Below are positions 1 to 13,076 of a stretch of 64,000 bases of DNA, piece after piece; the first letter of the stretch is position 1; each line of letters starts with the position of its first letter. Made by a program: the position numbers and the translations under genes. The notes beneath the pieces were generated by a model, which was not told the DNA's origin, did no database searches, and was given only the letters and a program-made list of their open reading frames with translations. This DNA comes from Takakia lepidozioides (Eukaryota; Plantae; Bryophyta): contig CM060732.1 of NCBI GenBank assembly GCA_030704615.1, positions 16,306,001 through 16,370,000 of the forward strand, written 5' to 3'.

Positions 1-1250
1 TTAGTTCTTCTGAGATTGTGGAAGCAAGTGAGCATTTAAACGGATATAAAGCTGGTGGACCTGATGGCATAGTCAACGAGCTTGTCAAGCACGGTGGCGA
101 TCCCATGATAGAGGCCCTAGTTCTCCTCTTTAACCTTATTTGGAAGACTGAAATGATCCCCTTTCACTGGTGACAGGGGGTCATTGTCAATCTATACAAG
201 AAGGGTGACAGAGAAGAACCGAGGAACTACCGTGGCATCACGCTCCTCAATGCTGTTGGCAAGATATTTTGCAGAGTTATAAGTACTCGGCTCGAGGTTG
301 ATCTGGAATCTAGAGGTTGTTTCCACGAAGGCCAAGCTGGCTTTCGGTGAAACAGGGGCTGTGTGGATCATATCTTCACTCTAAACCAGATTATCCAGGG
401 AAGGAAAAAAGAACAGAAACCCACTTATGTTTTTTTCTTGGATGTCAAAAAGGCTTATGACACAGTGTGGAGAGATGGTCTATGGCTCCGCCTCTGGTCA
501 TGTGGGATCAAGGGAAAGATGTGGAGAGTTGTCCATAACTTGTATGCTCACACCAAAAGTTGTGTCACTGTTAATGGACAGAAGTCTAACTTCTTTGACA
601 TAGACCAAGGTGTAGCTCAAGGATGTACCCTCTCCCCTCTGCTCTTCAATGTTTTCATCAATCAACTCCTCGAGGATGTGGAAAGTGAGGGATTGGGGTT
701 AAGGGTGGGTGATGCCACCATACCAGCCCTTATGATTGCGTATGACTTCGCAGGCATAGGGGATACTCCTTCCAACCTCCAGGAGTTGATTGACTCCAAC
801 CAGGCGAAGTCTCTAGAATCCATTCAAGTGGGGGTGCTTAAGGAGTGCATGTCAGCATGCTCCAAAACAGCCAATGTGGCTGTTTGGGGTGAGTTTGGCA
901 TCCCTTCCTTAAGCTCCCGATGAGATGAATTCAAGGTCAGATGGTGGGTTCAGCTGCAACACATGTCCAACACCAGATATCCTAAGTTAATGGACTCTAT
1001 ATCTTGGAAACAGGACCGCCCTGTCAAACAGGCTAAGTCCTGGCAGAAGAGAGTAGAAGAGATTCTCAAGGATCTGAATCTGGATCCGCAAGTCTTGACC
1101 CTGCTGGATAAATCTGACTTAGAGGCTGTAGTGTCCAAAGCCATGTCTGTTGCCAGGAAATTGTCTGATGAAAATGAAGTTAGGCAGAAAACTTCCCTGA
1201 ACTTGTTTCCAGTCTGTGACATGGGGGAGGACATCATGGATGACCTCAAG
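1..1250 (+). pseudogene. Degenerate non-LTR retrotransposon (RTE-like) reverse transcriptase
   Basis: KAGGPDGI, YKKGD..EPRNYRGITLL, QAGFR..RGCVDHIF, FLDVKKAYDTV and GVAQGCTLSPLLF motifs; in-frame TGA near 171 and 348; YADD motif degenerate (AYDF) and followed by an apparent internal deletion. Confidence 0.85.
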
Positions 1251-2300
1251 GGTCTACCCACTCTCGGCAGGAAGCCTACCTTTGAACAGCAAACAGAAGC
1301 AGAGAGGAAAGGGAGAGTGCAATTGCCCGTTGTGTGGGCAACCCGAAGACAATATTCATTCTCTCTAGTCCTACTACTGGAGTGAGCCCTCAGAAAGGTA
1401 GTGTATGTTCCCTCTTGTTCCGCCCGAACCGGGCACAGGGTCTGTGGCCACAAGGCTACGGCAAACTTCTTATGAGTACATTCTCTTGCTCTCTCTCCCT
1501 CTTTCCTTTTCTCAATGATAGTCATGCTTTCTGTATAATATTAAGCTCCACACTTCCTGACAGTTCCTGACAAAGCTTTTCATGCTATGAGAGTGTTGGG
1601 GATTTATCACCGTCAAGCTACAGCCTCCGTGACTTTAACATTGTAATCATATCCATTTGAGTCTTACACAAAGTTTCAAGTTTCCTGAACCCAACATGTA
1701 CTGTGTTTTGACTTCAGGTGGTGGGAAGGCGTTGTGAAAGAACTGAATGACGTGGATGAAAGCAAGATCACTGTTTACTTTCCAGGTATTCACATCAAAC
1801 ATATGACAATGCCCTTTGCCAGATGTCCCCGATAGACCACTGGCTCTGAGGATCATAGGCTATAAATATGAATTGCAGCGCTCTCGATGTCAGACCAAGC
1901 ACTACTTCAGCATGGAGGAAATTTTGATTGTGGGCTTGTAAGTTGGGATTGTTCTTTATCTCATGGCTTTCCAGCAATATGGCTCAACCTCATTATTCCT
2001 CAAGGGTCCCTTAACCATGCATGCTGGTGGAAGCCAGAAGTTCTCCATACCCTTGGGCAAGAACCAACAGTAAAGTTTGATATGTTGTCTTCAAAGTCTG
2101 TAGGGATATGAAAATTGTTGTCTTCTTCTCATGGGCTTTCAAAAGAGAATTTTGTCTACGCTACTGCGCCATTTAAAATGTGATGCATTTATCAATGACT
2201 TATCAATGACACAAACATACCACTATGCTTTCGGCAGCTCAGTCCTTGAGAGTATTTGACGGTTTTACGCGTGTTAAGAAAATCTTGACTCTTTTGCAGG

Positions 2301-2996
2301 GGAAGAGGATACAGCGGTTGTCAAAATCTGGAATTTAAGGCCTTCTTTGATTTGGACAGGTGGCACATGGAGCCCTTGGGCACATTCCTCAGGGGAGGAG
2401 GTAGGGAGTTCTTTATTACTGAGATACTTTGTGTTTAACAGTCTTTGAACCTTTTCACAGTAGTCCTGTGTCCAGTATGCCCACTAACCAATACTCTAAA
2501 TGTGACTGGTATTTTTCTCCAATGTTCTCAATTTGAGACGTATGCATCACACTCATCTTCTGCTCAAGTCTCCCAAAAAATTCTCTAGCAGGATGAGCAT
2601 ACTGCAAAACAGCAGAAGGTGGGGATCAGGAGCAGCACGGGCAAGAAGGAGAAGCACACAAAGAAAAAGAAGCTTATGGAACTCAGTGATGACGCCCCTG
2701 AGGTTTTGCCTCCAAGAACAACCCGACAGATGGGATCAGGTAGCAAGAAGGCAGGGGAAGGGGTAAGTCCAACCAGTGGACGTGATGACCTGAGGAGCGG
2801 GGGTGGGTCCAATAGTAAGCTGGAAAATGTTGGGAAATTACCCTCACTTCAGAACTCTCCAGCAACTCCTAAGAAGCTGGTGTTCGAGGCCAGCAGAGTA
2901 ATTACGTCAGCCAAAATTACAAAGACCAGGCAACAACGTAGAGCAGAGAATGATGTGCGCCGGCGATCCGGGAGGCCATTACAGCCATCTTCCAAG
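2301..2996 (+). other. Exon-like segments of an unidentified spliced gene remnant (Lys/Ser-rich)
   Basis: ttttgcag|...ggag|gtaggg (about 2301-2400) and ctagcag|...tccaag|gtac (about 2592-2996) bracket open frames; no recognisable domain. Confidence 0.25.
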
Positions 2997-4379
2997 GTAC
3001 ACTTCTGTATGTCAGATTACAAAAGTGCATGTAATGTGTAGTTTGTAGATACACCGCTGGGTAAGGGAGTCAGTTGACATCAAAATATTACATTCACTGT
3101 ATCCAATCTCCTGTCAGCATTAGATCTAATCTGCGAGTCAAATTCATGTAGTTGACCTGACTGTCCTACTTAGGAGTACTCAAAAGCATGTCCAGGAGCA
3201 GAGGTGCTTCACAGGATCCGTCACCGCCAACCAACCAACCAATAGGTTAGCGATCCCTCTGGAACCCAGACTGCGAGCACATAATGTGTGCATAATGTAT
3301 GTAAGGCGAATTAAAGGGTTGATGATGAGCTCTGTTTCACCTATCTGTCTTCCTCCCTTCATGTATCACACAGGGTACTGTAACAGGGTTGTCAAACTCT
3401 GGCCAGGTGTAATATTGTGCAATGGAATTCCAGTTCTTTTAATTTAGTTTATTACTTGACAGTTGATTGAAGGTGTTGATTTCTAAGAGTGGATTCAGGC
3501 CCGTGCAAATTAAAGTCCTAAAGTTGCTGAGAAACATGGTTGAGTGCCATGTATGGTCACCCAGTGGTCTGGTGAATTGGTTGTCTGACATGCCTACATG
3601 CTCTTGGTGGTTGCAGGTGTTGGAAGGGATTTGAGAACATGCTCCATAGCGATGAGAACAACTGTGTTGCTGTGCACGCAACTTCTGCCTCCAATGGGGG
3701 GTTTTCTCCTGTTGACATAGTCTCATCTTGGCACATTCTTTGTGACCGCAAAGCTGGTGATCACAGAGGCCATCATAGCCATCTTCCCAGTTCACCGCGG
3801 AAAGTATGACTAGGGCTGTGGCTGTTTGGTTGGAAGCCTGAAATACCTTCTGGGGATGAAGGGAGAGTTGAGGGCTAATTGTATGGGATTAGGTGAACCT
3901 TAACATTGTAAGATATTGGTTCCATGTGTCTGAGATTGTTTTGATTGTTTTGGGCCTAATCATTGAAGTTGTTTTGTTGTTTTGAGCTAAGTATCAAATC
4001 TGCATCTGCATGTTTTAGTTAATGGCAAGGTCGTCTCTGAGCCGCTCAGAAATTGAGCTTACGCTGGCTTGGGCTGATTAGTGAAATCATTCAGTGAATC
4101 CTTAGCTGGCCTCCTTGGAGGTGGAATTGTGCCAGGCATGCTGGACAGAGTTATATGAGTAAACGGGGCCCCTCTTCCTACTCTCTGTGCATGTTGATGC
4201 ATGTTGATGTTGATGAACTTCATGCATTCAGTTGATCGAATGAGTAGTCTCTCCCGGCCAAATTTGGATGATCCTGGCATATTTGGATGAGCGTTGATAA
4301 CTATATCCAAAAGAGTAAGGATACTTGGCGCAACTTGTAAAAGACTACTTTTTGCCACACCAAGAACCTCAAATAAATT

Positions 4380-5850
4380 TCTAGTTCATTTCTAGCTGGC
4401 CGCATCTTTCTTATTGCTGGTCGGGCGTTAGTGGTTAACCAGGTTCGGTTTGGTTCATGGCTTCAGTCTGGTCTCCAGCCATTATCCAACACATCAAAGC
4501 ACTCGTTCAAAATTTACTTTGGGGGGCGACTATTGCCTCTCCCAATCGCAGGGCACTGGTCAGCTGGTCTCAAATCACTCAGAAGAAGAAGCATGGGGGT
4601 CTAGGGATCATTGACCCCTTCTGTCAGATTATTGCTCTGCTCAATGGGTTCCGAGTACTTCATAGCATCTCTCCTCTCCTTGGAGTCTCCTGGTCAGGAA
4701 CCACATAGTTATGTCCTCCCCGATCACTGGTAATTGGCCCCCCTCTCTCCGCTGGATTGTGCAAGGCAATAGATCAGCCAGAGCTAAACCTCTGGGCTCC
4801 AAAGCTTGGCAATCCGTCTGGGCTGCCTGGACCCGCATTAGATCCCTGCTCTCTCAATGCTCTCCCAGGTTTATGGAAGAGACGGCTCGGCAACCCCCTG
4901 TTTGCAAACTATAATTCTGACTCTGAATCTCTTCTCAATTGCTCCAGGCTTTGGGCCTCCTGGGAGCAGGGGGGTATCTCGCACTTCTCTCATATGTGGG
5001 AGAATGGTGGTTTTCTTCCTCCCCATATTGTTACTACTAACCTATCCTCTCGGAGGGCGCTTGCATGGGACATCATCTCGAATGAGATCCCCCCTTTATG
5101 GGTCTCATTGTGTTCACCTCATGCCAACCAGCGTGCTTTACACTCCTAGCTCGAAGGCAATGGTGTCTCCTCTCCGTATGCTCTCTGGTTCTTTGGTTCA
5201 TGGGTGGAGATTCGCCGTGGACAGCGTGGGCACTTTGCTCTCTCCTTCTCCCTCCTCTGCTACTGAGTCTGATCTATTTTCTATCAAGGTTTACTGTATG
5301 GAATCTAGAAAATGTGACCCTGCTCCTCCCATTAACATTCTTCACTATGCTGCATCTTTCTCTTGGTTCCTTTCTGCTCCATTACAGTTGCTTCAATTTG
5401 ATCCAGGAGAATGGCAGTGGATTGCGAAGAATTATCTTCGCTTACATGGTGAAGTTAGGGTATTCCTTGCCTAGACCTCCTATCATTCTCAATGCTAAGT
5501 GGCGTTCTAAGTGGAGACACTTGCTAGACACCCCTTTGGATTGGATCCCCATTTTGAGATATGTCTGGAAGAAGGATAGGTCTGCTCATTATGGAAACTG
5601 GCTAATCGTATTTTCCCTGTCTTATCTTTAGTCTTTGTTTCGCCATGCCTTGTGTGTCACTCTCAATGCCAGGAAACTATTGCATTGTCTGGTGGATTGT
5701 CCATTTGCTGCCTATATTTGGTGGATTGTCTGTAAGCTGTTTGAGATATGGAGGCCGAATTCACTACAACAGATTGCTACTTTTACGTCTCTGTGTTATG
5801 ACTGCAAATGCAGTTATGGAAGCCATTTACGACTTCCTGACTCTGAAGAA
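4380..5850 (+). pseudogene. L1-type LINE ORF2 C-terminal remnant (post-RT region and zf-RVT)
   Basis: GRALVVNQV, LVSWSQITQKKKHGGLGIIDP and HCLVDCPFA motifs across frameshifted ORFs 4457-5871. Confidence 0.7.
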
Positions 5851-5879
5851 GTAGAAGCTTCATGGTTTTAGTCCTGGTT

Positions 5880-8350
5880 AACTAGAATTACCTACTTCTA
5901 GTAACTAAGACATTTTGGATATTTATATTTGTATTTTGTGTGTTGGGACTTCATTTGGTCTCACATGCCAAGTGAGGGTCAAACCTCACTTGGGACATGG
6001 GGATGGGTTTTCCCCTTGTGAGTGTTGAGGAGGGCTCATCTTCTTGTAGTTGAGCATCTATGAGCCTCTCTCACCTCCATAGCTCTAGGTATTGAGAGGG
6101 AGTGTGTTGAGGGCTTTGTAGGGTGGATTCCCTTAGCAAGGGTGCCCTTGGCTTGACTTGGTTTATGTGATTGAGTGGATTCAAGAGTGGAGTGTTTCCA
6201 TTGTGTTCACTTTCATTATCACTACAAGAAGATGACCTTATGCTTGTGAGTGCGGAGTGTAAGGATTAGTTTAGCTCTTGTGTTGGTGTACACCAAGGAG
6301 TGAAAGAGCTAGGAAAAGCTCAAATATCTCACAAGGCTTGCAAGGTATTGCAGGGAAAGGTGCTTGGTGAAGTTGTATGCACCAAGGAATATGAGAGCTA
6401 GGAGAATTTAGCTCTTCACAAGGTTTGCAAAGGTTGCAAGAAAAGGTACTTGTGGTGTTACACCAAAGTGTTGGGGAGCTCAAGAAGGAGCTTGTTTGCT
6501 ACAAGGATTGCAAGAGGGAAGTCTTGTGTGTGTAGAAGCATGGATTCTAGGGTTTGAGAATATTTTCAATGCATTATGGAGTCAATGGTGTATGCCATGG
6601 TATGTGGAAAGCAACTAAAGGATTGTTAGTACTCATTTCACTATCAATCTAGGGTTAAGCAAGCTCAAGTGTGGATGTTGTGGAAGAGAAGCCAAGAAGC
6701 TACATAGGCTTGGGCTTGAAGACAACAATGGCAAGCACTTGGAGAGCATTAGGAAGCTCAAGAGGTTTGAAGGGAAGCATGTGAAGAAGTCTTCCAATCA
6801 GGGTGGTGTAAAGCCAAGTTTAGGGCATTGGAGGGGCTTGGAGAACAACTTGTGGAAAGTCCTTAAAGAAAAGAGATTGTGGCTCAAGGCATGCATAGCA
6901 ACTTCAACCATACATTAGCATGTGACAAGACAAGGAAGGTGAAGGTGAAGCTCATGTATTCATTCCCTTTTGGCTTAAGTTTTGTGGTGGATGGTTGATC
7001 AAGCAAGTGATGCTTATGTGGAGCATGCTTCCCAAGTGTGGCTTCCAATTTCAAGCTTGAGGAGAACTAGAAGGTGAAGGGAGCAAGTTGATTCCCTTGT
7101 GTATGATATGATGCATGTGTGAAGCATGCTTTTGGCTTTGAGCTTTGCAATTGAGAGGAGTGGCTCTTGAGCTAGCAAGTGAAGGGAGCTTGAATGACCA
7201 AGGCTTGAGAGGAGACAAGGCTTGGTGGCTTGCCAAAGGAGGTACAAGCTTGATTTTGAGTTCCAATGAGAAATTGAGCTTGTTGTGTGGCCAATGCATT
7301 GCTAGTTGAGTTGGAGACAAACTTGAGTAGCTTAAGGTGAAGAAGATCAAGGGAATTTGCCTTGGTACCCCATAGAATTCATGGATGCTTGAGGGGATTA
7401 AGCATAGAGCCCCAAGGAGCACAAACCCTAGCTTGGTAAGGCTAAACCTCAAGGAAATAGAGGGGGAAGTGGCTAAAACTTAGGGGGAAATGGCTAAACC
7501 CTAAGGGGAAATGAACTACTCTATGAGGGGGAAATGGCTATTGCCAGGGGGAAATGGCTATTCCTAAGGAGAATACAAAGGAAATACAAGGGGAATACGT
7601 ATAGGCCCAGGAGAATATTGGGGGAATACTATGGCATATTCTTAGGGAACTTGGGAACACATTGGGACGCATTGGGAACATGGTGACATAGGAAGAGTCC
7701 TTGGAGGACTGTTTGGGGTCCTTGGAGGACTGTTTGGAGGACCATTGGGAGTCCTTGGAGGACCATTCGGAGGACCATTGGGAATCCTTGGAGGACTGTT
7801 TGGAGGACCATTGGGAGTCCTTGGAGGACTATTTGGAGTCCTTGGAGGACCATTTGGAGTTCTTTGGAGGAATATTTGGGGTCCTTGGAGGCCAATATTT
7901 GGCGAGCTTGAGGAGTCTTTGGCGACTTGTGTGAGGGACTATTTGGGGTCCTCGAGGGCTAAGTTTTGGCAGGCTCTTGGGGCCTTGGTATACTGTTTTG
8001 GAGTCCCATTGTGCAAGGATTGGGAGCCTTAGTGAGATTGTTTGAGAGACATATTCTTGAGGGCTCCTGGAGAGTTATTTGAGAGACCCTTGAAAGGTAG
8101 TCTTGTCTATTGTTCAAGCAAGGGAGTGTGGAGATAGGGTAGTGGGATGAGGGCATGCTGGGATTAGGAATTGATTTAGTCTCTCTTCCTTGTAATCTTT
8201 CACCCTCTCTGTAGGCCAAAACCTTTCCGTAGGTAGAGGCAAGAGTCAGTCCGAGTTTGGGCTGGGATGTCATTGCAGGGAGCAACACTGTGGAGTGTTT
8301 TTGGTGTGGGGGAGTTGTTGTCTTGATTTTCTTGTGTTTTGATCTCATCC
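5880..8350. mobile_element. Probable long LTR or non-coding retroelement region
   Basis: Non-coding and purine-biased; 6030-6180 resembles 47885-47995 (gggctcatct...agttgagc; ggtgc.cttggcttgacttg); boundaries uncertain. Confidence 0.4.
7460..7900. repeat. Short tandem repeats (ggggaaatggcta, then about 11-bp ttggaggac/ttgggagtcc units)
   Basis: Directly visible; explains the spurious repetitive ORFs at 7629-8032. Confidence 0.85.
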
Positions 8351-8685
8351 ACACCTGCATGCTTGACTGTGCGCCATGTTAGCTTTGTGTGGGCGTTTGT
8401 TTTCATAGGAGGTTGGTCCGGATTTGATCACCGGTCAATCCTAGAGCGTGCTGTCGGTGGTGAGGCTGGGGTGATGACCAGTCAGACCATCATTATTTCT
8501 CTTATGGCGAGACTGGGTTGATGACCAACAGACCATAGGAGTGCTTGCGGTGGATGCAGGTGCAGGTTTATGTTACGAACCTAGTAGTCTAAGCCATAAG
8601 CCGCAACAGGTTCTCTACCCGGTTACCTTGTGGAAAGGGAGATTAGAGACAGGTTTACAACAGGTGTGGTTGTGAGTTTTCAAAG

Positions 8686-9200
8686 GTGCCACCAGTTGCT
8701 GAGGAGAGTGCTGGTACGAGCACCAGCGATACTAGTGGGTATACAAGACGAGATGTGCGGTTTAGACCACCTTCACCTTCAGTGTCTTCTGAGGAAGGTT
8801 CAGACTCAGAGTTAGGAAGATTCTCGCCGAGGGTGCAAGCCATTTCCGTGCCATTGTTGTGGGATACGATGGAGGAAATGTATGGAGCTACCAAGGGGCC
8901 ACGTCGGTACTCTGGAGCTGTGGGCACCATCGAGCTTGATGATTTCATACATGAGTTTGATAGTTGGTGTGATTTGCAGCAGATGCGCAATCCACAACTG
9001 TTTATGCCTTTTTATGGCGTGGAAGTGGCTGTTTCAGCACCTTGAGGGGCCGCCCATGGATGACTACCATGAGTTTAGGCGGGGACATGAGGTGGAGATT
9101 GAGGAATGGTGGGTGTATTGGTCACCTGACTATATTTCCATCACTAGAGGCAGAAGGGCAGTGGTGACACCGGCAGCTACACCGGCAGCTTTTGCAAGTA
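8686..9200 (+). pseudogene. Retrotransposon gag N-terminal fragment
   Basis: RYSG..GTIELDDFIHEFDSWCD...AWKWLFQHLEGPPMDDY resembles the retrotransposon gag capsid N-terminus; frameshift near 9010; truncated. Confidence 0.5.
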
Positions 9201-9386
9201 GTAACTTTGCAACCGTCTGGCAATTCCAAGAACCTCTGAAATAAATTGTTTGGACAATCTTTCTTTCTCAGTTCCTCAGGGAATTTGATTCACATCAAAT
9301 TCTTTAATTCTCCATCCACCCTGATCCCACCAGATGCCTGTCACATCTTGTTGTTCTTGACTCAGTTCTCCAGTATGGTCGCCAAA

Positions 9387-10352
9387 TGTCGAGCGGCTTT
9401 TACTCACCCATCCTTTCGCTATCCGAGGTGGGAACTCCAAGATAGAAGAGTTGGAAATCTCTAAGCACTCAACCCGCTCAGAACAATCAGTCATAACCTA
9501 CAGCTAGTGTATCATGGGGGTGTTTCCTATTTGTATTCCTTCTCGCATTCATGTTAGCAAGTTACCTTACTGTCTGTAATTAAGTATCAGATTGCTTCAG
9601 CAATCTACCAGGTTCCATCCACTCATCCATTCACTCCACAGCGTCACTTAGGTCGCTCTACACAGTGTGAGTATGAAGTATGTATCAGATTAATATCTAT
9701 CAAGTATCAGGCCGAAGCCATGGTGTCTCTAATCTGCTCTACAGTATAACTTTACAGCTTGCATTCATCAAGCATCAACAGATCGTGTCTCCTCCTCCAC
9801 TGTGCACTCCATCCTCTGCTCAAGATCGTCCTTCCCTCCCTGATGACCAAGTCGTGATCCAAGAAGTGTCCCCCTCTGTTGCTACTCTGCCTATTCTACC
9901 TGCAAGCTCTTCTAACCGCCTAACTAACTAACTGTCATTCAAGACAGAATGCACGTCCCCTTCACAGATGTCGTTCCCACAGAGTCCTTCCCCCAATAAT
10001 AATTGTTCCCTGTGAATGTTGTGATGGGTTGTGCCAAACTGTGTCGGGCTGTGACTATGCCGAGCTGTGACTGGCTGTGTCGGGCTGTGACTGGCTGTGT
10101 GAAGCTGTGTCGGGCTGTGATAGATTGTGATCGACTGTGTAAGGCTGTGACAAGTTGTGTTAGGCTGTGTAAGGCTGTGTCAGGCTGTGTCAAGCTGTGT
10201 CTAACTGTGTAAGGCTGTGACTGACTGTGTAAGCTTGACTACCACCCCTAAGGCCTCTGTTGGTCTAAGTCTACCATCCGTAAGTCTGCGCAAAATTAAG
10301 GGTACCCCACAGAACCCGTAAAACTGTCTAAGTCCCAGACAGCCCTCTAACA
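9387..10352 (-). mobile_element. 5' LTR (minus strand) of family X, with PBS
   Basis: TGTCGAG...CTAACA termini; closely similar to 19347-20263; minus strand continues TTTGGCGACCATACTGG (PBS-like) at 9386-9370; internal 10-bp ctgtgtcggg minisatellite at 10030-10230. Confidence 0.8.
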
Positions 10353-10639
10353 GATACGCAAGCACTGGTGTGCCACTGTTTGAAGTACCCACTCTGAGGG
10401 AAGGGACATCCAAGCAGAAAGTCAGATTCCGGCTTTTTCCAGGGGTTAATCAGATTGAGGTTGACAAGAGGGAAAATGAGATTACAATGGGTACAGGGCA
10501 GATAGCCACTGTTGAGGACAAAAAAGAGAGAACACGCCATGAAAGGTCGGGCCAGAGCCCAATCACTGTTGAGAGCAAAAAAAAGAGCTTAGGTCATGTA
10601 GTACGGGATCAAAGCCATATCACAGTGAGAGAAAAACAA

Positions 10640-13050
10640 CCATGGAGTGCATGGGTACTCACAATATAGTGAGGGCTCTGATTTGCATCATAACGCTGGT
10701 CATATGGATTAAAGAAAAATTTGTACAAACGATACAGACCATAGCTGCCAATGAGAGATCTCACAGGAGCATTGAGAGAACAGTAAGAGCAACATTTGCG
10801 TTGATCAAAGGTTGGGGAAAGGCTGTCAAGAGGCTACACTACAAAGGAGGCAGACTCTGGAGGGTGTACTTTCCAGTCAAAAGTCATGAGTTACAGGCTC
10901 AATCGCAAGAAGAAGTACAGGTGCGATACGTAACTGCACAGCAAGGATTGCCAAGGGAGCTCAGCTAAGAAGTGCTGGAACTTGAGCAAGGGGAGAAGTG
11001 CGCACGCACAAGGGAGGCAGTGAGCCAAAACAGTGATGTTGTGAGGGAAGTCACTGCACATCACAAGGCAAATCAAGGCAATGAGGTTACTAAGGAAGCA
11101 TGGGATTTGCCAGGCTGGGACCAGCCGGACAATGTCACATTGCATGAAGGGATCACTGATGTCACTAGCAAGGGAAGGATGTATAGTAGAACAAAAAGCA
11201 GAAGCAAGAAGGGGCTTATCTTTTCTGAGCTGCTGGAGGAACAGTTGAGTGTGCTGCAGGGAGGCAGGCCACACCCACATAATCAGCAATGGGAGCTGCA
11301 ATTCCCAATGGATGAGGATGGGAAATGTTCAACATACGTCACTGAGATAACAACAAAGGTGGTATGCACTGAAGCAGTGACCATTAACTGCTTGGACACA
11401 ATGCCAATGGATGAAGAAGAAGAGCCTTGTGTAGAAGGCAAGATCTGTCAAGGTGACTGCTATGGTGAAGAATTGGCAGGAACCCCGCATATACTATGTC
11501 ATGGAGCAAGTATCAAAGAAGGGCAGAATGTGCATGATGACTGGTTTCACCGAGCTCTGACTGACTCACACAAAAAAAAAAGGAGTCAGTCACTCACCAT
11601 AGAGCTAGATGCAACAGAGGAGGGATCCCTTGATGAGTGCTCATTTGAAGATGAGCCTTGGGATCCGTACACAATGGAGTTGACAAGCCTGCAAGGCCAA
11701 GAGGCAGTGTCTGATCAAGAACAAGTGCAGGAGTTTGATACACCCGGCGTGCGACAAAAAAAGAAAGAAAGCAGATTGGGTAAACTCAGCTTTGGTGAAG
11801 ACTCACCATATAAGCTCAATATTTTTGCATGGAGGGCATACCAGGTCATCAATGAAGGCAGATAATGCCAAGCAGAAGGACAGGGGTGACCCACAGGAGT
11901 TAAAACTGGGAATGCAGCAAGTAAGAATCAAAGAAGAAGAAAATACAGAGTCTCACCTGGCTGGTGCTGAAAGGAGTGAGTGGAAAGAAAATCAGAGGGA
12001 TGGAATGGAAGCAGCAGCATGGGCGTCTCTGATGAATCGACAAACAAAGGTCAGGCCAAGCTTGATGGCACAAACCCAGAGTGAACACAATGGCTTTGTA
12101 AGGCCAAAGCCAGAAGGGCATATGCAAAACCCCAATGAGCATGCACAAGTGGTGGATGCCATGAGCAAATCAAAAGGCAACGAGGGAAGTAAAGGTGGAC
12201 AAGCTGCCAAAGAGAGGGCAGAAGTGATGAAGGATGCGGCAACTGCTGCCATTGGGCAAGGCTCTGATACGGGCAGAAAGGAAAACCCAGGCCCTGCCAG
12301 GGTTCATCTTGCGGAAGAACGAGCTGCTGACAGCAGCAACATGGAGGCAGGGTGGATAGAGGTTGATTTTGACAAACCTGACTCCATCAAACAAGGCATC
12401 AGAAGGCCCAAACGAGGAACACTGCAAAATCTGCAATGACATGAGATACAGTCATCACACATTTACCCAACATGAATCTTGGTAATCTATCAGCAAAGAT
12501 GAGACACTCACAAAGGCAAAAGAGGGGGCAGTACCTCAAGCAAAAATGTATGGAGTGCCTTTTGCAGTGATCAATGAGTACGTGGAAGGAGGAGAAGCTT
12601 ACCCACTACCAAGCACGGAGTACATGATGCAGCCAACAGCACAAGCATCATGTCAGTTCACTGATAGTGAGCTGGAGGCACTGAATGAGCTGGATGAGAT
12701 ATACAACAAGTGGTCACACTCCAAGAAGACTGCAGCAGCACCCCACATTAACATGTTAACACGGGGAAGTGCGAAGAAGGCCAAAATAGGTGATGGGGGA
12801 TGCATATTCTGCAGAAATCCAACCAAGATATCAATGATTTAGGGCAAAAACATGAATTTGGTGAAGAAGAACATGTTGGCATGGACAACATCTGCAGCTC
12901 GGCAGGGTTTGAACGCCAACCAGAGATATTCATGGGAGTGAGTGATAGAGGCGAAGAAGAGGCCAAAACACAGAGCCTTGATGCATTCACTGAAGACTGG
13001 GCAGACAAACAGATAAGAGAAGACAGCTCGCAAAAAAACAGAGAGTGAGC
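10640..13050 (+). pseudogene. Fragmented unknown ORFs upstream of an integrase
   Basis: Chain of A-rich, charged ORFs (10642, 10972, 11735, 12546, 12800) colinear with the downstream integrase; no RT motifs recognised. Confidence 0.4.
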
Positions 13051-13076
13051 TAAGTGAGAAAATTGAGCAGGAAAGA

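Noticed and set aside
7629-10212. Repetitive ORFs (7629-8032 and 9939-10212; also 19871-20282 and 56988-57489)
   Set aside because: Translations of minisatellites
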